From an uncultured virus (IMG/VR IMGVR_UViG_3300027969_000081) (lineage: Duplodnaviria; Heunggongvirae; Uroviricota; Caudoviricetes), in the IMG/VR virus record IMGVR_UViG_3300027969_000081: 20,000 bases of DNA. One strand, 5' to 3'. Made by a program: the position numbers and the translations under genes. The notes beneath the pieces are model-generated. The model searched no databases and was not told where the DNA came from. It worked only from the letters and a program-made list of their open reading frames with translations. Shown in pieces: positions 16,877-20,000 of the stretch; the first letter of the stretch is position 1; the number at the start of each line of letters is the position of its first letter.

Positions 16877-17123
16877 CATTAACGAGCTCTATGTAATGGA
16901 ATCATGCTCGGGTTGCAAAGACTCGGCCGCACGATTATTAGAAGCTGGTGTTGAGTTTGAAACATATGACATTGAACAAATTGGTATAGAAAAGGTATTT
17001 AAATTTTGGAAACATAGACTAGGCGAATCGCCTAATTCAGTTCCTCAATTTTGGTACAAAGGCAAATACATTGGTAATAGTAAAAACATTGAAAATTTTG
17101 TAAAGGAAAAAAATGTTACTTGA
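16839..17123 (+). CDS. Glutaredoxin (NrdC/NrdH-like)
   Basis: LYVMESCSGC (CxxC), SVPQFW cis-Pro motif, GKYIG; directly follows nrdB. Confidence 0.8.
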   Translation: MSVKIPSLDSNSDINELYVMESCSGCKDSAARLLEAGVEFETYDIEQIGIEKVFKFWKHRLGESPNSVPQFWYKGKYIGNSKNIENFVKEKNVT

Positions 17124-17427
17124 TATTAAAAAAGATGGCGATGTGGTTACACTGAAAATGAGTTCAGGTGAAGAGCTTATAGGCACTTATAAAGATGATG
17201 ATGCTACATCATATACAATTGATCGTCCGGTAACATTAAGTGTTGGCCCAAAAGGTGGCCCAGCACTTACACCATATCTTATGACAGTTAATCCTGCAAA
17301 CACACGCAATTTAAAGATTAATAAAGCTCTGGTAGTGTGTATTGCAAATACAGATAAAGAGCTAGCTGGTCAGTACACGTCAGCAATGAGTGGAATTCAA
17401 GTTGCTCCAGCAGGATTTAAACTATAA
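17113..17427 (+). CDS. Sm-like fold phage protein
   Basis: GDVVTLKMSSGEELIG...YTIDRP matches the Sm1-type pattern; AAGGA RBS. Confidence 0.6.
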   Translation: MLLDIKKDGDVVTLKMSSGEELIGTYKDDDATSYTIDRPVTLSVGPKGGPALTPYLMTVNPANTRNLKINKALVVCIANTDKELAGQYTSAMSGIQVAPAGFKL

Positions 17428-17699
17428 TGCCGGCCGCACATAGATTAGACGATCCAGACGAAGCAGGCGCCTCAATTACTAGCATTCCTCAAGGTACTGT
17501 TTTTATCAACAATCAATTGGCCAGTATTGACGGAAGTGATGTAGCAGGTCACGCCCCGGGCGTACATAGCAGTCCGCAAACGGCAAACGGCAGTCCGACT
17601 GTGTTTATTACAAATATTCCAGCAAATAGACAAGGCGATGCTGATACATGCGGACATCCCAGGGCAGAAGGTAGCCCAGATGTATTCATAGGGCCATAA
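17427..17699 (+). CDS. PAAR-repeat tail spike tip protein (T4 gp5.4-like)
   Basis: MPAAHRLDD, TVFINNQLASIDG, GSPTVFITNIPANRQGD, CGH...GSPDVFIG. Confidence 0.9.
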   Translation: MPAAHRLDDPDEAGASITSIPQGTVFINNQLASIDGSDVAGHAPGVHSSPQTANGSPTVFITNIPANRQGDADTCGHPRAEGSPDVFIGP

Positions 17700-17700
17700 T

Positions 17701-17736
17701 AATAGAATCTCCCATAAATAGCTGGGAGATTTTATT
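17701..17736 (+). promoter_or_regulatory. 14-bp hairpin with the late-promoter motif in its loop and the RBS in its 3' arm (may also act as a terminator)
   Basis: AATAGAATCTCCCA-TAAATAGC-TGGGAGATTTTATT; ATAAATA at 17714-17720; GGGAG at 17724-17728; ATG at 17739. Confidence 0.75.
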
Positions 17737-17738
17737 TT

Positions 17739-18431
17739 ATGTGTGTATCAAAACCAGTAGGTAGAGCAGGAAGACAAGTCACAGCCAGTGGCTTAGTTTA
17801 TTACGAAGATACGCCTGCTGGCCATGCAGCCGCAGTTGAGGATATGCAGTCAAGTACAGGAACAGGTGCAGGGGAAAGTGCTCATCCAGGGCAACCCACT
17901 GAAAATCCAAACCCACCTGATACCAAAGATTGCACAACATATACCGATTCATTATGGGACACTGCATGTAGCAAGTATTATAAATTTGCAAATATGAAAA
18001 TGAAACCAGCACAGCAGAGCGGATTAACAGCGGCACAAATTGCTTGTAACTGGCAAAAGCTATGTCAAAATGTACTAGATCCAGTAGTAGCTGGTGGTAA
18101 TAAAATAAACATAAATTCAGGATTCCGTACCGCGGCATTTAATGCAAGTTTAGGAAATTCAAGTAAAACATCTGATCACATGACTGGTTGTGCCACTGAT
18201 ATAAGTGCCGGCAGTCCAGAAGCCAATAAAGAACTGTTCAAATGGATAGGTAAAAATATCAATAATGTTTTTAGTCAATTAATTTTTGAAGGAAGATGGG
18301 TACATGTGGCCTATGCTGGCGCAAGTCCAGCTTCAGTAGCAGTGCTGGTTGCTAGAAATGGTTCAGCACCTTATGTAAATGGCGGTGGAAGAAGTGGCTC
18401 GGCTTTACCACCAGACCTCAAGTGGGCATAA
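17739..18431 (+). CDS. Peptidase M15A-family Zn peptidoglycan hydrolase with N-terminal extension
   Basis: INSGFR, SDHMTGCATDI (SxHxxGxAxD), QLIFE, WVHV. Confidence 0.88.
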   Translation: MCVSKPVGRAGRQVTASGLVYYEDTPAGHAAAVEDMQSSTGTGAGESAHPGQPTENPNPPDTKDCTTYTDSLWDTACSKYYKFANMKMKPAQQSGLTAAQIACNWQKLCQNVLDPVVAGGNKININSGFRTAAFNASLGNSSKTSDHMTGCATDISAGSPEANKELFKWIGKNINNVFSQLIFEGRWVHVAYAGASPASVAVLVARNGSAPYVNGGGRSGSALPPDLKWA

Positions 18432-18434
18432 GTA
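18428..18434 (+). promoter_or_regulatory. Putative late promoter (ATAAGTA)
   Basis: TAAGTA variant overlapping the peptidase stop, 7 nt before ATG 18442. Confidence 0.5.
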
Positions 18435-18441
18435 ACGTACT

Positions 18442-20000
18442 ATGGCAGACATTCCAATTATTCCAGGCATTAGTGTTGCAACTAAAGGCATCTTAAACAA
18501 ACCCTTAAAAGATATTATCTGTGCGCTATTATTTGGTGGCCTTGACAATATGCTTAAGGGTCCTTTGCTTTGCGTTAATGCAGATCTTGATAAGTTACTT
18601 ACTGACAATTTTCCTGGTGTACCCAGTATTGCAGATTTAAAAAATGAACTAAAAGATCTTAAAGATCAGATAACAGCATTTGAACAACATTCTGGTATCA
18701 AAGATATGTTAGGACGAGTTAATGGAGCAATTGCTGAAGTACAAAGTTTGTTAGCATTGGATGGTATGTGTAAAATTCCATTAAAGGCTCCATTGATTCC
18801 TGATATTATGAAACAGATAATTGATGCAGAATTTGCAAATGCCAATGCTATTTTGAATGACCTGGGTAGATTAACTAAGCCGCAATTGTGTTTGAACGGA
18901 GACGGCGGCATCGGTACAGGATCTTACAATCCTGAAAGTATTTTGGGACAACTCCAAGGTCATATCAAGAGGGGTGCAGATATTCCTGGACAGCAATTAG
19001 ATATCTTAAAGAATAGATTATCTGGTGTTAGTAAGGCATTGAAAGCATCTATTAACAGAGAATTATTTCCTGACTTTAGGCACAAACATAATTTATTAAC
19101 AGGGGCACCTTATGCAGGAGAGGCAGCAGTGGTAACATTAGCGGCAGCACCTGCACTTGCTAATCAATGGAATCCTCCATATCCACCAGGTACCGCACCA
19201 AACTTTAAAGACACAATGAATACAGCACAAAGTCTTGTTGCCAATGTTAAACAAACAGGAAGTTATCCTGCAGATGTCAATGGCATCAGGAGTATGAACA
19301 TTTGGCCTGGATTATTAGGTCCTGGCTTGTATGGATTGGCTGTTAATGCCCTTACACCACAAGACCCTTTATTTGCACAACAAGAGCCAGTATATGACTA
19401 TTGCGGTAAGCTGGTCGGATACACTTCTACAATTATAACAGGCAGTGCCGACGATGTCGGCGGAAATCCATTGGTAGATGTTGATCCTAATCCTCCTAAA
19501 ACTACATTTGATTTAATTTGGATTGCTGAACGCAAGTGCTGGGCAGTCACTGGTGTACAAAGCGAACAGGTTATCAATGGCAGAAAAGATATGTACCTTG
19601 ATGCAAATCCTACAATAGAACTGCACCGCAGTTATAATCATATTTTAAGTATTCCTTCTATTGATTCAATGGGCAATGACTTGGCCCCAGAATTTTACAT
19701 TTATAAAGTCAAAGAAGACTTGACACCGGATGTAGGAAACAGATTCAATTTAGGTCTAAGTAGACTAGAGACTTATGAATTATTAGAAGATGCAAATGGT
19801 CTTGACGGTGATGCAGGTATACAAAGAAGAACCAGTTTTCCAACAGGTACAACAATGTATTTTGCTGCCGGTAAACAAATATATTCAAGTCCCACTGAAC
19901 CTGCTTTCCCTAATGCTGATGTATGGTGGTATAATACTAATACAGCAGAAATAAAAAAATATATTCCAGGCTCCGATACATCTGGTGGAGGTGGAGGTGG
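18442..20000 (+). CDS. Large hypothetical, probably virion (baseplate/tail) protein; 3'-truncated by the window and missing from the ORF track
   Basis: Manually translated, open from ATG 18442 (MADIPIIPGISVATKGILNKPLKDIICALLFGG...) to the window end, about 519 codons with no stop; ends ...SPTEPAFPNADVWWYNTNT... Confidence 0.85.
   Translation, partial: MADIPIIPGISVATKGILNKPLKDIICALLFGGLDNMLKGPLLCVNADLDKLLTDNFPGVPSIADLKNELKDLKDQITAFEQHSGIKDMLGRVNGAIAEVQSLLALDGMCKIPLKAPLIPDIMKQIIDAEFANANAILNDLGRLTKPQLCLNGDGGIGTGSYNPESILGQLQGHIKRGADIPGQQLDILKNRLSGVSKALKASINRELFPDFRHKHNLLTGAPYAGEAAVVTLAAAPALANQWNPPYPPGTAPNFKDTMNTAQSLVANVKQTGSYPADVNGIRSMNIWPGLLGPGLYGLAVNALTPQDPLFAQQEPVYDYCGKLVGYTSTIITGSADDVGGNPLVDVDPNPPKTTFDLIWIAERKCWAVTGVQSEQVINGRKDMYLDANPTIELHRSYNHILSIPSIDSMGNDLAPEFYIYKVKEDLTPDVGNRFNLGLSRLETYELLEDANGLDGDAGIQRRTSFPTGTTMYFAAGKQIYSSPTEPAFPNADVWWYNTNTAEIKKYIPGSDTSGGGGG

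Noticed and set aside
1082..18911. Short minus-strand and alternative-frame ORFs in the track (e.g. 1082-1276, 3248-3490, 8064-8450, 13083-13373, 17779-18138, 18666-18911)
   Set aside because: Nested in or opposite well-supported genes, with no recognisable motifs; treated as shadow ORFs
1..20000. Stop-codon reassignment as seen in some large phages
   Set aside because: Conserved genes (nrdA, nrdB, helicase, primase) are full length in the standard code, and TAA, TAG and TGA all end genes next to downstream starts
19981..20000. GGTGGA repeat at the window end
   Set aside because: Encodes a poly-Gly linker in the open reading frame; not an independent repeat element

Overview
AT-rich, densely coding segment of a large T4-like (myovirus-type, possibly jumbo) bacteriophage genome, read in the standard genetic code and almost entirely on the + strand. 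From left to right it holds: (i) a replication block with the UvsW-like helicase C-terminus, a probable gp62-like clamp-loader subunit, a C2H2-type Zn-finger protein, a 195-aa minimal DnaE-like (family C polymerase) core, a primase and a gp41/DnaB helicase, interrupted by a divergent pair of putative late genes; (ii) a putative late block (6.6-12.2 kb) of unknown proteins, several beginning MK(I/F/L)x(E/D)(I/L) like T4 capsid-targeting peptides, one with RNA-ligase-like nucleotidyltransferase motifs; (iii) a PD-(D/E)XK nuclease, a BTLCP-like protein, class Ia nrdA/nrdB, a glutaredoxin and an Sm-like protein; (iv) PAAR, an M15 peptidase and a large ORF running off the right end that the ORF track omits. 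Regulatory signals: two sigma70-type promoters and a recurring TAA(A/G)TA late-promoter-like motif, often so close to the start codon that the mRNAs would be nearly leaderless. There are also two RNA structures that mask translation starts. One is a hairpin with the late motif in its loop before the peptidase; the other is a structured leader before a small membrane protein. All protein assignments come from motif recognition by eye, not database searches.
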